Shown in pieces: positions 62,691 through 64,000 of a stretch of 64,000 nt of DNA (positions within the stretch are counted from its first letter, which is position 1; each line of letters opens with the position of its first letter). The notes beneath the pieces are model-generated. The model made no database searches and was not told where the DNA came from. It saw nothing but the letters and a program-made list of their open reading frames with translations. Made by a program: the position numbers and the translations under genes. Origin of the DNA: Pseudomonadota bacterium (GTDB lineage Bacteria; Pseudomonadota; Alphaproteobacteria; UBA2136; JASBTF01); NCBI GenBank assembly GCA_030148545.1, contig JASBTF010000001.1:262833-326832 (forward strand). Reading direction: 5' to 3'.

Positions 62691-62724
62691 AAAGGCCGGT
62701 GCGCAAGCACCGGCCCTTTCGTTT
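62691..62724. terminator. Intrinsic terminator, copy 2 of a duplicated pair
   Basis: ggccggtgc-gcaa-gcaccggcc plus ctttcgttt; near-identical to 62124-62157, including the flanking cgttt. Confidence 0.75.
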
Positions 62725-62736
62725 GTGTGTTCAAGG

Positions 62737-63303
62737 CTATGCCTCGTCATAGGGTTCGTAGGCGGCTTTGCCAGCCTCGTCGCAGCCATAGACCTCGCCA
62801 GTCAGGCGGCTGTAAAACAGCCAGCCAATTTGGCCATCAATACTCTGCTGCTGACCCCACGGGGCAATGATGCTGAGCCCATTTTCGAACGAAATGGCCT
62901 CCACAATATTCTTGCCCACATAGCGCAGGCCATAGTACTGGCCGTCGTCACGCACTTCCTGGTTACCTTTCACCAGGTCGAACAGTGTGTCGATATTAGC
63001 CCGTTTCACAATGTAGCTGTTCGGGTGGTTTTCATACCCGCGCGCCACAGTGCCATCGGTATTCAGGCGGGTCACAATAGCGTCGCCTGCTTGGTAACTG
63101 TTGGGAGTTTCCAACCCCGTGTCGTTGTAGGTTGTCAACGTACCCGCGCCAGTGGCAAAACGCAGCGCCACCAACCCTTTTTTGGCCAAAACCTGAATTG
63201 TTTTGCCAGTTTGGCTGGCAATATCACGAAAATCTTGTTCCGTGAGTATGGTTTGTGCCATCAAACGATCAGTGTCAGCAATAACATGAAAAATGCCCAT
63301 CAT
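62737..63303 (-). CDS. Hypothetical protein
   Basis: 188-aa ORF, GGAGAG RBS; no domain recognised. Confidence 0.55.
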   Translation of the reverse strand: MMGIFHVIADTDRLMAQTILTEQDFRDIASQTGKTIQVLAKKGLVALRFATGAGTLTTYNDTGLETPNSYQAGDAIVTRLNTDGTVARGYENHPNSYIVKRANIDTLFDLVKGNQEVRDDGQYYGLRYVGKNIVEAISFENGLSIIAPWGQQQSIDGQIGWLFYSRLTGEVYGCDEAGKAAYEPYDEA

Positions 63304-63394
63304 ACTCTCCTGTAGATTGGGTGGATGAAAACAGTAAGCGAGATCCCACCATGGGAGCTCGTTTACGGCTCATCATGGTTGTGGTATTACCGTT

Positions 63395-63422
63395 AATATA
63401 GATATGTATACATATATTGCAA
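63395..63422 (-). promoter_or_regulatory. Candidate sigma-70-type promoter for the 62737-63303 gene
   Basis: Minus strand reads TTGCAA, 16-nt spacer, TATATT; the spacer contains the 14-nt palindrome atatgtatacatat. Confidence 0.4.
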
Positions 63423-63488
63423 GTGCCGATGCTGATGTGGTCGGCATAAAAAGCAGAAATGCGGCACGAGGTGCCGCATGGTGCTGAA
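63412..63488. repeat. Conserved intergenic motif, copy 2 (see 7387-7451)
   Basis: gatgctgatgtggtcggcataa and gcatggtgctgaa are shared with copy 1. Confidence 0.5.
63446..63477 (-). terminator. Probable glyQS terminator
   Basis: gcggcac-gag-gtgccgc; the minus strand continues atttctgcttttt. Confidence 0.55.
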
Positions 63489-63509
63489 ATGCAGAATGAA
63501 AATGCAGGC

Positions 63510-64000
63510 TTATGCTGCACTGTAGAATTGGCGTACATAGTTCGCCAATTCAGCCACTGCAATGCGCTGCTGCTCCATGGTATCGCGGTTGCGAATGGTC
63601 ACAGTTTCCTCAGCATTTTCAATGGTTTCGAAGTCCACCGTAATGCACAGCGGGGTACCCACTTCATCGTGACGGCGGTAGGCTTTACCTACGTTACCAG
63701 TATTTTCATAAAGCACGCGTCCTAGGCCAAGTGCTTGTAATTTTTGCTTAATTTCTTTCGCTTTGGCCACAATATCAGCATTGTTTTTTGCCAACGGAAT
63801 TACCGCCGCCTTAATTGGCGCCAAATGTGGCTTAAACTTAAGCACAGTACGGGTTTTACCGTCGTCTAGTTGTTCTTCAGTGTAGGCTTCGTTCAGCACG
63901 GCCAGTACCCCGCGTTCCACCCCGGCAGAAGGCTCAATAACAAATGGAACCAACCAGTTATTGTCTTCATCTTGTACAGCTAGCTTAGCATTACTGCGTT
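63510..64000 (-). CDS. glyQS: Glycine--tRNA ligase, dimeric (alpha2, GlyQS) type, C-terminal part (partial, runs off window end)
   Basis: [11 protein letters not shown]..., anticodon-binding domain [10 protein letters not shown]....; [18 protein letters not shown]. Confidence 0.88.
   Translation of the reverse strand, partial: RSNAKLAVQDEDNNWLVPFVIEPSAGVERGVLAVLNEAYTEEQLDDGKTRTVLKFKPHLAPIKAAVIPLAKNNADIVAKAKEIKQKLQALGLGRVLYENTGNVGKAYRRHDEVGTPLCITVDFETIENAEETVTIRNRDTMEQQRIAVAELANYVRQFYSAA

Noticed and set aside
62353-62706. 117-aa minus-strand ORF
   Set aside because: It is antisense to the XRE gene, which has an RBS and a recognisable HTH, and it spans two terminator hairpins.

Overview
This window reads as a moderate-GC proteobacterial chromosome segment, most likely alphaproteobacterial. 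The evidence is the pal-cpoB-tilS-(orphan)-ftsH-glmM order, a short ProRS without an insertion domain, an icd with a long C-terminal extension, and pyrG-secG. I recognise about 45 housekeeping genes: rpsD, thiolase, lpdA, rsmI, alaS, icd, pal, cpoB, tilS, ftsH, glmM, cutA, pyrG, secG, a PpiD-like chaperone, Nfu, HtrA, rarA, rluC, an AsmA-like protein, lipB, fdxA, proS, tig and a partial glyQS. There is one tRNA-Ser(UGA). I found no rRNA, CRISPR array, integrase or transposase.

Three accessory regions stand out:
- **8.2-11.8 kb (minus strand):** an operon encoding a lipoprotein, a Sec-exported mini-protein ending in a phage-tailspike S74 autochaperone domain, and a 762-aa cysteine-rich secreted protein. 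The last carries a thrombospondin type-1-like repeat and 5-6 copies of an unclassified ~50-aa four-Cys module.
- **38.6-52.6 kb:** a tail-poor podovirus-like prophage remnant with no integrase, containing TerS, TerL, a truncated P22-like portal, an N4/DUF4043-like capsid protein and a frameshifted internal protein. It is followed by an AT-richer cargo block: secreted proteins, a lysis cassette, a GHSLG lipase-like protein with a tandem family of small membrane proteins, and a NADAR gene. The region ends at a tRNA-Ser locus that carries a duplicated 5' tRNA fragment.
- **53-58.5 kb:** a co-directional block of DsbA-like protein, 694-aa tail-anchored protein, lipB, an orphan VirB11-type ATPase and an AT-rich 261-aa orphan.

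Smaller signals:
- A ~96-nt three-hairpin repeat present twice, with compensatory stem changes.
- A palindromic MITE-like element between pyrG and secG.
- A ~600-bp cassette (promoter, structured leader, XRE gene) bracketed by a duplicated terminator.
- Several orphan hairpin or small-RNA candidates.

All family assignments come from reading motifs by eye; no database search was run.
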